DNA from: Lobosporangium transversale
Lineage: Eukaryota
NCBI RefSeq assembly: GCF_002105155.1
Contig: NW_019029000.1
Span: 434,001 to 498,000 of the forward strand
Length of the DNA stretch: 64,000 bases
Reading direction: 5' to 3'
Below, in pieces: positions 11,232 through 31,274 of this stretch; the stretch's first letter is position 1, and each line of letters starts with the position of its first letter. The translations under genes were made by a program, and so were the position numbers. Below the pieces are notes generated by a model. The model made no database searches. It saw nothing but the letters and a program-made list of their open reading frames with translations, and was not told the origin of the DNA.

Positions 11232-14200
11232 ATTCATAAAAGGATAATGAGTACAAACATAATAGCAAAGATGTTTTTTAAAGTCTTCTGTTTCAATTGC
11301 TGCAGGAAAAAAAAAAAAGGCTTACCAAAAAGAAGTATGTTGCGGACATTGCTGTAAGAAATCTTTTAGGATATCCATCTGGGTAATCCTGATCCTCACA
11401 ACCCTTTTCACTTTCATAACAGTCCCTGCGGAACCTCCGAGTATGTTGAAGATGAAGCAACGCATGTGTAAAACTCACGATGAAGATAGCGAATATCACA
11501 AAGAACCATAGAATCTGACGTGTAATGTTTAGAATGATATTGACCACAATGCCGAGTTGTCGGATAACTCGAAGCTCAAATAACTAGCAAATATGCAAAC
11601 AATACCAATACAGAGTTTAGTAATGCTAAAAATACTAAAAGCCAAATGGGACTAGGCATCAAGCTGACAAACATACCATGTTCATGTAAAGAGCCAGGAT
11701 AGCGAAACTCATCACCCAGATTAGGCTAGGGCCTTGTTCCTCATTATTTCCGCTTGGGCCACTATCTTCACTGGAGTCATTTCTTTTACCTGGCCCAGTG
11801 TTTAGAAACAAGAAGCATCCTGTGATAGTGAAAATGTGTGAAAACAAATGCCAAAAATTAAATGGGGACCTATTCCAGTTGCCAAGAGTAAAAAATAAAA
11901 AAAAAAAGTAAAACAATTATTAGTAAGGAACATCCTTTTCTATTCATATCTGATTTTTTTAACTCGGACCTATAACTTGCAATTTGCTTTCCCTTACCTG
12001 ATATATTTACTAGCCGAGACCATGAGTCGTTGGAGGTCGTAGATGAGTAAAAGGAGGCCAACGAAAATGGTGAATTTGATGAACGGGCGCCAGCCCAATA
12101 GATATCGTGCGAGGACCCATTCTTCAGTAATAGGAGGATCTTTTTCTTTATCAGGCAAAGTCGAGGTCTTGATTTGCATTCCAGTGATAAGCAAAAAAAA
12201 GAGAAAGAACGCAAGCGTAATAAGGTAGCGCACAAACCAATTGAAGAAAGCATACTTGTGCCTAAACAAAAAAAAAAAAGAAAAAAAAGAATGAGTGTTA
12301 TCTAGATACATGGCGACTTAAAAAAAAAAACTTAGTGATGAGACTTACCATTTAAACTCAAGTGTCGCTACCATGGCAGGACTGTCAAAAAACTCTTGAC
12401 CTGCAATATCCGTAAATGCTGAGGTGAATGCGATGGATCGATCGTCAACCCATCCTCGGAAGGCAGGGTACCTTGAGAGTCTGGGGAACGGACAAACATA
12501 GATCTTGTGAGAGTATGGAGATTGAGCTCGCCTTTGTTCCTCATCAATCTCTTCTCGTTTGGCTGGGAACTGGTCCATTCGATTATCAAGGATACTAGTT
12601 TCGATACTCATAAAGGCATCCTTGTTGATGGCTCGGAACGGAAGCTGTGACCGCAAACTGAATACAGGCTTCGAATAGTCGTTGATATTGTGTGATTTCT
12701 GAATCCAGACCTTCCTCACTAGTTTGAATGAGTAGTAGTTGAGAAAAAAATTAACCCAATCTGCATACCGTCGATTGGCAACAATCGCATGAGTGGCAAC
12801 ATAGGCGTGGTTGTGCGCAGGGACATATGAGGCTCTTCGAAACATATCGGCTAAATGGTTAGGGTAGCGGTCAGACAGCTCATTGAGGCATTGTACTGCT
12901 GGGGTCATATAGGCCGGATGGAATTTTTTAGCACTTTTGATACAGTATTCAATGAAGGCTTCAACTAAGGGCCCGTTCCTTGCTTCGATAGCTCGCTTAA
13001 TCGGATTGAGTGCCTTGTTATCTCGGGGGATCCATTCGCCATTATCTGTAGCCAATAGCCCCTCTACAAAGATATGGTTTGTGTGACGCAATCGGCGGCA
13101 GTCCATGAGTAGTGTCAGAATCGTGACAACTTCAGGTTGGTTATTAGCGTTGCGGTCCGCCTTCTTGCGCACACTAAAACCATATCCAGCTTTGTTCTGA
13201 TCCGGAACGTTGTTGTTCTGGCCCCTTGATACGGAAAATACCTTAATTGATATCATCCGATTAATGTGCTCATGAGTGAATTTGATAAGGGCATCTGCAT
13301 GGTCCTTATAGGTAAAGTTAACTTGCTGTGGGTCCACCTCCAATTTGGCGGCCTGAGTGATGGAGTGGACATAGGCAGCGGCGATTAAATGAATGCTTCG
13401 GAAGCAGTACAGAATAGCGAGACGCGCATCGCTATTCGCTCCAGGGAGCGGAACCAATCTTCTCCTCGAATTTTCTGTTTTAATTTCTGCCACTGAGTTG
13501 CTGTCCTGCCCTTCCTGATTATCCCAATACACGGATGTACTTGTAATATCCGCATAGTAGTCTTTGACATTCGTGGAATCATTAGAGTCCACATCTAGAG
13601 GCTGGCTCCAAATGAACTGTAGGCTACAGTTTGATTTCCCAAATGGTAAACTCCAGATCTGTAGCGTCTGTTTTCCTACCACGGCAAAGCGAGTACCTTC
13701 AGCAATGAAATAAGCCTTGATTGAGTTCTCCGGATCAACGACCTTTTTGGTTAATTCTCGCATCCAGGGCTCAGGGACAAATGAAAAGACAGTCTTCTGT
13801 GTATCCGCTTCGACAACCTCAACACGGAGAACCCAATACTGTGCACCGTCACCTTCAGGCAAAAACTCTCTATGGTATCCAGTCTTCAGTTGATAGTTAA
13901 CGTTGTCAAACGATGTAGTGTTCATAGCTGCAAGTTCTGCCTTAATCACATTTTTGCCATTCTTATTGAATTTGGGCTTCGAAGGTTGATGTGCGACGTA
14001 GCAGTTGATTTTGGTTCCATCTGCCTCACATACCATCCCCTTCCTCCAAAATTTCTTTGCGTTAAAGAAGGCGAGGATGGCGGTGCCGATAGTAGGGATG
14101 GGAATATCGTTCGTAAATGTTTCATATTTAAGATTAAGCGAGTCCAGGATTCTAGGGCTCAGCTCCGAAGTAATGCTATTCCTCAAAATCACAATAACTT

Positions 14201-16677
14201 GATCATCCTGCGCATGGAATCCAACGTATTCGATTTTGTACCCTTGAAAAGTTCGTTTACTGATAGTCATTCCTGTAGTAGCAAAATAGGTTGTCAGGCT
14301 TCCATCAACGCTTGCTAGCGCCACAATGGACTCATGAGGAGAGATAGCCATCTTGCAGTGGCCACGGAACGTGTCGCCTTTGAACCGAGCATTCTCATGA
14401 CTGCAGATATAGCAGATATTGGCTCCTGTCATTGAGTTCCAGATCGAGCAACTGACACCACCATCTTCAAGCCACATAAATGTGTTGCTGGTAACAGTCT
14501 CCATCATCATCTTACAGGTGATCCGCCTAGAAAGCGTCGGCGCAAGGTCTGTCAGTGTAATAGTGTGCATACGCTTCCAATTCTTCTGTGGAGTAATCTC
14601 AAAGACATCCATATATAATCCGTCGCACGCCAAGAACGTTGAGCTGGGTGGCTGCATAGCCGCTTCTTTATCGCACTCTTCACAACCACTCCCATATTCT
14701 CCTTCTGGATAAGAAAGTAATGTACTATTCAAGTCGTTTCTCTCCCAGTCACCTTGCTTTGTTTCAGGCAAGAAGGCGCAATACCCTATAAATTCACTCA
14801 GGTAGCCCCTGTCCACAGCAACCTCCTCCAGACACATGGTCCTGGAAGCACTATTAGGGTCATCAATGCTCTTGAAACTCAAAGGTTGACTAATTGGAGT
14901 TCCATCCTCAGCCAAAATTATTTCTTTGTTATACAAATTCTCTTCATCGCCTTCAGCTGTCTGTCCCATATTCACCGTGACTGAAGCTGCTTGCTGTACT
15001 AGTGGGTTGTTGAACAATTTGAACGGAAATATACCCTTCTGCACTGTGGATCCATAAGCCCATTCACCAATCTTGGGCTCTTGATAAATTGCAATTTGGT
15101 CGCCGTTATTGGAAATGGCTAATCCAATAGAGAGATTAGAGAGATCGCCAATTCCGTTTAATTGAATTACAGCCGTAGCGAAGCCATTTTCCGACATAGT
15201 AGCGGTTTTTGCCAATGTGCTAGAACGAAACCGCGCAACATTGACATCCCAGACAGTGAGGAAGGCAGTATTATGAGAAAGAGCTAATGTGGCGAGAAAG
15301 CAACCGCCCTTTGAGGCTGCTAATCGCGTGATAACTGCTTGAGAAGAATTGGCTGCTGAATTGGACATCGGAGGATGTGCGTCCAAAGAATCAATTACAA
15401 ACCTAGGCGTAGCCAACCGCCTAATGATGAGCTGTGGGATGTCTACTGCTTGGATATTTTTGAGATTGGTATTTGCCATAGCATTAGTAGAAAATAAAAT
15501 AAAATAAAATAAAAAGAAAGCATAAAGCAGAAATATTAACTGATATCCTTTCGAAATAAAATGGGGTCTTTTCTCTTACATTGTTGGGTGTCTTCCATCG
15601 TTTCTGGCCGGATTTCAACATGTTCGAATGCAAGTCCAGAGTATTCAACACGCTGATTTGTTTCGCGGCTACATAGAACCAGTCGGACATGAGCAGCGCC
15701 AACATGAGGTAAAATCACCAGTCTTTCCTCCAACTCAAGGTTATGCCATGGCCTATCGTTCCTAGCAAGCAAGTCTAGTTGCCTTGATGGCATAAGAACA
15801 TCTGTTGTGCCACTGACGTCTTCCTCAGCCTACTCCATAAAAAAAATTGCACACATTAAAAATACATTTTTTAAGAGTACATCTTACTAAAAAGAGTCAA
15901 GCAAATATTTACATCGTATTTGACTTCAATAATGAAATGGAGATCATCTAGGATATGATAATCCTCAAGAGCCTTGACACGCCAACGGATAATGTAGCGC
16001 CCAACACTATATGCACCAAAATCGGCAGACAGCTTTTTTTAGGGTAAGGGATGACCATGTTAGGTCTGGTATTTTTGTATAAACATGTTTGTTAACAAAT
16101 TTTGTTTAGCATCGCCACTTCTATACCTCAAATTTCGATGACCTAGCTGGAAGTTGAGCTACCGTACCGGGGCTTGCGATTTCACGGGTTTACAAAAAGA
16201 CAGAAGAACACAGAAATTAGTGTGGATGAAAAGAGAATGGCTTTGCTTAAGTAAATCGATGATGAGTTCCATATTAATTTTAATAAAACATGTTGATGAT
16301 ATTTCATGTAAACGTGGCTCTTACTTTGCCTTTTGACCAGTGATGGCAACAGTGACAGCAGTTCGCGGCTTGGTAATATCAATGCTGTCAGATCCAAAAT
16401 ATCGGCGCTGGACTATGTACAATTGAACGACCGCCACAGAAAAAAAAAATCAACATGGATGGGTTATAAGTCTTCTAGCATGGAGCAAATTGCCATCGTT
16501 TCACTCTCGGTTATTTTGTCAAACGTTACCGAATTGACATGGATTCACAGTCTCTATAGAAGCAAGAGATGGCTTTGCAATGGGATCGATATTCTCCAGG
16601 GTCTCATATCGATCCCTCGAGGAGATCTTCTCCTGGATATGCACCGATGGTGAGGCAGTCTCTTTCCTTGAGAACAT
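9882..16677 (-). CDS. TRP-like 6-TM cation channel, paralog A, with N-terminal PP2/Nictaba-like domain and WD40/beta-propeller-like region; 12 exons: 16677-16530, 16412-16325, 16172-16127, 16032-15913, 15829-15580, ~15448-12349, 12261-11998, 11868-11677, 11583-11326, 11196-11082, 10970-10890, 10786-9882
   Basis: Six hydrophobic segments; S4-S5 LFELRVIRQLGIVVNII; pore TYFFLAGRYEPV; S6/TRP-helix FMNILIALMNDAYNESKQEGQLAWLKQ. Exon phases are consistent and match paralog B exon by exon. Confidence 0.85.
10320..10362 (-). repeat. Coding 12-bp tandem repeat encoding PAIPAPVPAPVPAPAP in the tail of channel A
   Basis: caggggcaggga repeated on the + strand; absent from paralog B. Confidence 0.75.
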
Positions 16678-17526
16678 TATTTTGTCTTTGAAGTAATGAT
16701 TTTTTTTATTGATTGAATTTTGAATTTGAAACCGACCAATTAAGATCTGTCCCTGAATCCGGAATAAAAATAATATTTAATAGCCAAAATGAATGAATTA
16801 AATGCAAATGTCAATTGCAATCATCAACTAGGTTGATGATGAAGTTCAGACAAAGAGAGAAAAAGAACAGACAGGGGCGTGAACAAGTACACTAGGGTCA
16901 AAAAAGGCAGCGCATTCATACAAAGGGGAAAAGTGAAAATGAAAAGAAAATTAAGCCATCGCTCTCTGTTTTTATACCTGTTTTTGCCTATGTCGGTTGG
17001 ATGTTTATTCAGCATCGTCTTCCTGCATGTTTGTTTATTTCATTTCTTGTTTGTACTTTACATTGTCTTTTATTTTATTCATGCGCACGAGATAAGATTA
17101 CGAAGACACAAAGACGCTTTGCCCAACTTTTGCATCCTCCGGGTTGCCATCTTGTCTTTTTTATCCTCACGATAGCACAATGGCACAATGAGGGGTATGA
17201 TCGTATGGTGGCAAAAGCAGAATTGCAAACTCTTGTGCATTATAAATATCTATCCAAACCAGTACATGGTTTTTAATTTTTCCGTTCTGCAAAGCCCCCT
17301 GTGTGATAATCCAATGCGTGTGTCCATGTGGTTCTCCATGTTTGATTGTTTTCCTCCTTGCCCTCGCCCAATTCATTTTTCCACAGGCGCAGCTAATCTT
17401 TTTTTTTTTTTTTTTTTAAACCTAAAAAAGCCTCGGACCTCAAAATTGTTTAGTTTAAAATCGGATTGTTGTTATCTCATTTATTTTACTCTTGTATTAG
17501 CAGAATATTTTAGTTTTTTACGGGTT

Positions 17527-25307
<7,781 letters not shown>

Positions 25308-26170
25308 GTTTCACTCTAATTTAAAAGGGTATCGAAATAAGGGTTGACATGCTCCAAACTATCTGAGATTGCTGATGCCTTGATCCGCACGAGTAGCGGA
25401 AGGTGGAAGAAGAGCGTTTACTGCGATGAGATCTTTTTTAGAACTAGATGGAAGATGAATGAGGGAAAAAAGTGAAACTAAGCTGTGAATAGGCGTAGCA
25501 GATAGCACTTTTTAATTACTTAAAATACAATTTATGAAATAAAAGTTGATGTAGTGAAATGTGAAATGCAGTTTTAGATGAATGAAAAATGATGAGGAAT
25601 GAAGAAAAGGAATCTGAGTACAAAAGTTTGAAAAGAGGCATTATCTTTCTAGGCCATGCAGCATAACATCATATGCTTCTTTCTTGGAGTTTTACGCCAA
25701 AAAGATAACCCACCTCCTTTTTCTTTTCGATCGTTAGAACCGTCTCAGCAATGTGTGAAAGGCGACTCTCATTGGTTTAACAAGCCATCAATGATTTCCA
25801 ATCAACTTCTCAACTGAAGACAAATGCTTACTCTCAATGTTCCTGGGTTAATAATGATAAGAGCCCTTCCTATATTGCTTGCCCATGAATCAGGTCCCAT
25901 GCTCTGAATGTTCTCGATAAAATTCTGAACGAAAACTAAGCAATATCCAGCTGATATCAAATTACCATATTGGTACTCGTCTCGTCGACAATCTGCAATG
26001 TTTTTATTGCTCCAGGCCGTAATTTCAGTTGCCTTTCCTTTCATTATCATTATTACCTTTCGCATTGCAAGTTGACAAACACTCCCATGAACGTTATTTA
26101 TTTTATTATTAATATTTAATTTTGCTTGCAATTATTCAATTAAGACACATATTTTTTTTTTTTTTTTTTT

Positions 26171-29100
26171 TTAAGCAGCCTTCTTGTTAATCGAATCGAG
26201 AGAAGCAACCGTGCGTCCTAGCTCGTGTCCGGGTGTGAGATACGAGATATCATCCCATGGGTGTCTGTACAAACCCTGTTTTAGCCTCTTCTGATCCAAA
26301 AAGTGTCCAATAAAGCCGATGGAACGGCCCAATACAAACAATCCATTTAGAGTACCAATCTTGATATACTCCTCTGCTTCCTCACGTGTAAACGCCCCTG
26401 AATGCCTCAACAGGTCCACAAATAAGACACCAATCGCCCCATCCACATTCAAAATCAAGTTGTCCTTCTTGGAAGTTGTGATCATCTCAACTGCAAGTGC
26501 ATAGTCCAACACAGGAGTTGATGGGAAGTTAGCCTTAGCGTAATTCTTGATGATCTCGACACGCAAGTCGGGATTGGTTCTTGACTTGATCTTGTGACCA
26601 ATTCCCAAAATCAACTTGTTCTGCTTCCTCATCGAATTAACAAATTCGCGAGGCGACAGAGATTTATCATATGCAGATGAGAATTGCTCAGCAGCTCCAT
26701 CTAAGGCACCTCCGAAGCGGTCTCCAATAGTCAAGAGACCTGCGCAGAGTGATGACACAAGATCCTTACCAGCACGTGCCGTAACAATCGTATTGTGTGC
26801 TCCTGAAACTGCGGGTCCATGATCAGCTGTCAACATGAGAACCATCTCAATAAACTTGCAAGCATAATCTGGCAGCCGACGCTTAAACCACAAGAGCGAT
26901 AAGACACCCCCGATTCCAATATTATCCTTGAATACATCAGAGATGCGCATTCCTGCATACAGTAGCTCTTGTCCACGATCATCACAAATTGTGGAAACGA
27001 ACGAAGCAGGTTTGCGGACCAGGCCCAATTCCTGAGCCCAAGAATAGTCGATAGGGATCTTTGGTGTTTCGGGTTCAGAGCGGACAGTAATTACACCTTT
27101 TTTGACCAAAGTCTGGAAGGTCTGGCTAAGAATTAAAGGCAACTTCTCGAATGTCTCCGGGACGATCACGCCAGCAGCACGAAGGGCACGGTTCTTAGCG
27201 TCAGCAGTCTCTAAATCTGACTGAGCCAAGGCACCGGCGTGTCCAAACTGAACCTCAGTAGCAAACATCTTAGCGCATGTACCAATACACCAAGCGATGA
27301 CGGGTTTGCGAATAATTCCGTTCTTAACTGCCTCGCAAACCTTGTACTCTTCAACCCCGCCTACCTCACCGAGCAAGACTAACATCTTGCATCCTGGATC
27401 CTTCTCGTAACGGAGCAAGTGGTCAATAAATGTTGAACCGGGATAACGGTCTCCACCGATAGCTACTCCCTCGTAAACACCATCTGTTGTGCGAGATATG
27501 ATGTTGTTCAGCTCATTCGACATGCCCCCAGATTTGGATACGTAGGCAACGGAACCAGGTCGGTAAAGCTTAGATGAGACAATATTATCCATCATGCCTC
27601 CAGTATTTCCAATCTTGAAGCATCCAGGCTTAATGCCCCCAACAGTCGCAGGCCCAATCACAAGAACATTGCGCTCCTTGGCTTCCCACAAGATCTGGCG
27701 AGCACGACGTTCTGGAACCCCTTCAGCAATAATGGAGATGATACGAATCTGCTTCGAGTACTTGAAGATCTCGCGAGTTGAGTCGTAGACAGAGCGGCAA
27801 GAGGCAAAATTAACCACTGTGTCGACCTCTGGGAACTTGATCACAGCCTCATCTAAGGACGTAAATACAGGCAAAAGAGTTTCTTTTGTGCCCCAGTAGA
27901 ATTTCTGGACATGCGCGCCGCCAAAGGGATAGACCATAGCGGCAACCGAGGGAACCTCACGCTTGCAGATGAAATCAAAATCCAACATTCCTTGCACAGC
28001 ACGAGGCTGCATTCCATAGATGAAAGAGCGAGTATGAGCAGTGAAGGGCGTGTTCTCGTCATGGCTTGTTTCTGCTGATTCGGCACCCTGATCCTGAAAG
28101 TATGTCATTCTGTCTTCCAAGGGTGGTGGCGAGGCAGCGCGAGAATCAGCATTCAAGGGTGTATTACTCCCCAAAAGCTGGTCCTGAAGCAAGTTTCCAG
28201 ATGTGAGAGGTGTGCTTGTTCCACTTCGATCTAATCCAGAGGTCTTTCCGGTCAAAGCAAGAGGAACAATCTCGGTGATATGGGTCTCGGGTCCAAATAC
28301 TTGAATCTCAACTCCAAGGGTCTCTCCTAGCTGGCGCATTGAGCGAAGACCTTCCTGATAGTTTGGACCACCACGTCGGACAAAGATGCGTACTTTGTGG
28401 GCAATAAGAGGTTGCTTAAACTCAGTCAAGGCGCGAACGATACCTTTGAAAGTCGAGGCAACGTTTGTGAAGTTCGCAATCCCCCCTCCAATGATCAAAA
28501 CCTTTCCAAGAGGATGAGGCGTAGAGTTACGGGTCATTAAATCGAGGATGGTTTTGGCATATTCGTACGTCTGGGTCTCAGTAGGGGCTCCTGAATATTC
28601 ACCGTAGTTAGCGAGCTCATTAGCCTGACCCAAAGCAGCAATAGCATCACTAACACAAGAATTAGCCAAAATGAAAAAAAAGCAACGAGCACACTTAGTG
28701 AATAAACTAATCATATCAACGTGGTGTGTTGGAAACAAGCGCATCGGAGAAATGAATGGTCTTCGGGCGATTGATAAATTGACAAAATATGGGGCATTAC
28801 CTATAAACAACTGAAGCCCCCCCTCCTGCAACCATAGTCCAGATACGACCGTCTTTGTTCAGGATTGTAAGCTTAAGAGATGCGCCCGTCTTGGAATCTA
28901 ACTCTTGGACATAAGCCTCTTCCTTAGTTAACTCACGGCCGAATGGTGCGGGAAAATCCAATGGTGGGCCAGCATCGACACTCTGGTTGGCTGCAATGGT
29001 CAATCCAATGTTTTGAGGAGCCCTTGCGAACGCCCACTTGGGACCGGCTTCGAATTCCGCAGTCTGATCGACTTTGGCAGCCAAATCCAAGTAGTAAACC

Positions 29101-29960
29101 TGTGCGGGATGCTCAGGGGTAGGATCCAGGACAACCAATGGATTAATCTCGAGATAGGTGAAGTGAAGGTCGACATAGACAGAATAGAGACGAGTAATGA
29201 AATCGATAAGGACATCATGCTTGGGTACTGGGACATTAACTAGAAGTAACGATTGAATGGTGGTTGGGGTGGGGAAGGTGTCGTTCACTTTAACTTGAAG
29301 TTTTAACGCTTTAGCATCGACATCGCCAACCTCAATTCCTCCTTCATGTGTGAAAAGAATGTTGTCCCCATTGCGGTCCGAATTGATACAGATGTAGTAT
29401 TCAGTATCACCGGGGTGAGGAATGAAAGGCTCGATCAAGAACGTCTTCAAGACGCCTGCAACATTATCAACCTGGCAAGATAAAACGATATCGTGTATTG
29501 TCATAATAAATTATATGGTCTGTTCTTCAGGTTTATGCAAGCATGCTTTTACTACGGTCAGATGAGATACATCTGAATTCGAAAATTAACTTACGATGAC
29601 CTCTTTGCCAGCGTGCTCCGTGACCCAAGCTCTAACCTGAGTCCAGTCAGCGTTCAATAATAACAATCCACTCTTGCCACGGCGTTTAATTAACTGATCA
29701 GGCTTGGCAACCAGCTTTGTGGTCAACAACCAAGGATGGATCTGCTCAAGGTTATCAAGTAAATTTCGAACATGCTGTGCAAAGACAGCTTTGTCTGTAT
29801 TCAAGACAGCAGTGTCAATACCAACGTGTGCTAAACGCGTCGAAGGTTGGATAAATTTGGATCCCGTAGCCGAGATACTGGTGGCGGGAATAGGGGTACG
29901 GAGTAACCAATGTGCTAGCAATAACTTTCCATCGTATTCACGCACAGCCTTGGCAGACAT
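26171..29960 (-). CDS. ACL1: ATP-citrate lyase, single-chain (fused) type; exons 29960-29595, 29471-28801, 28649-26171
   Basis: [51 protein letters not shown], catalytic [27 protein letters not shown]. Confidence 0.97.
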
Positions 29961-30147
29961 ACTGGGTGTAAAAAATGATTCCTTGGTGGCGATATAATGG
30001 GAATGATCGTTTTAATACTCTTTTTTGTCTTAGCCAACATGCAAAAAGGATCAAGAATTATATAAGGTTAATGACCTGAACGACTGACTAGACGTTTTAT
30101 CTTGCAAATGTCTTTTTTATTTTCATTTGCCATAACTCTGGACGGAA

Positions 30148-30174
30148 GATTTCCCCATGGGGTTTGGGGAAATC
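30148..30174. promoter_or_regulatory. Inverted repeat GATTTCCCCA-N7-TGGGGAAATC about 190 bp upstream of the ACL start, next to a CCAAT element (30181-30185)
   Basis: Perfect 10-bp arms read directly; function inferred from position only. Confidence 0.35.
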
Positions 30175-31274
30175 CATTATCCAATCGAGATTGAGATCAT
30201 AAAAAAGGCACCCAAGTCATAAACTCTATGAACTATCCGGGTGGAGCCGGAAAGAAAAGAAACAAGACCGACCTCATTCATCTTCGACAATTTGGCTTCA
30301 TGAGTATTCCTTTCATTCTCATCATTGTGAAGTACTTTGGAAACAAGAAAACAGGCACATTTGGTCCAATTTTATCATATTCCACAACCCAAAAAAAATA
30401 AAAAAAAAAAAAAAGCGCTTACATTCAAATAATGTATTGACCCCAAGAAATGGAACAAAAAAAACACCTCCAATCTCATTTCGCTCCATGATTATGTTAA
30501 TGAGAATTATCCACTTTTTAAAACCTGTCCCCAACACGACTTGATATCTAATTTGAGACAAGAATTGTGAATGGAGCAGTGAGGTGATATCTACCTTGGG
30601 TAGGTCTGCTATTTCTCTGTTTCGGTCTATAAGTTACAATAGCCAGTAGCAGAAAGATATGAAAGTAAAAATAGAGGGCGAGAAGGGAAGGAAAGGGAAA
30701 GATGAGATGAGATATTCAGAGAACAAGAAAAAAAAAAGAAAAGACAGACCAAGTCGAAAGTATAGAAAGGCCATTATTAGGCTTATTGCTTTTCCCAGCA
30801 AAGCATCCCCCATATTAGCACGTACGGCCTAATCCTCGCAGCGATCTTCGTACGTGCACTTAAAAAAAGCCCACGTGTTCCATAAACTGATGTTGTCAAT
30901 CGGCGTCAAGACCGACCCCATAAAAGAAACCTTCAATCAAACATTCGATCTTGAGTCGCTTACTGCTGCGCGCACTCTTTTCCATAATTGCTTGGATTAA
31001 TAGCTTAAATTTATCTTAATGTTGTTTTTCTTCTCTTTTAAAGCTTCGTCCTTTCAATCTCCATAGACAGGGCAACGTGTCTGCACCAATGTATTTATGC
31101 TAAAATTCAATAAGACTGGAACAAGCAATCTTCACCTAACGCTGACGCTGTAATGATGAACAAAACATTCCTTGAAAACTTTATGCTCAGAACAGTAGTT
31201 ATTACATTATACATAGTAAATCTAAATAATTAATCTAATAGTCTCTATGCTGTCTAAACGAATCGCCTTCAGTG

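Noticed and set aside
25802..26131. 109-aa minus-strand ORF downstream of ACL
   Set aside because: No ATG start or known motif; lies in the probable ACL 3' UTR and intergenic DNA.
26153..26173. A run directly after the ACL stop codon, resembling a retrocopy poly(A) tail
   Set aside because: The gene has two introns, and such homopolymers are common throughout the window.
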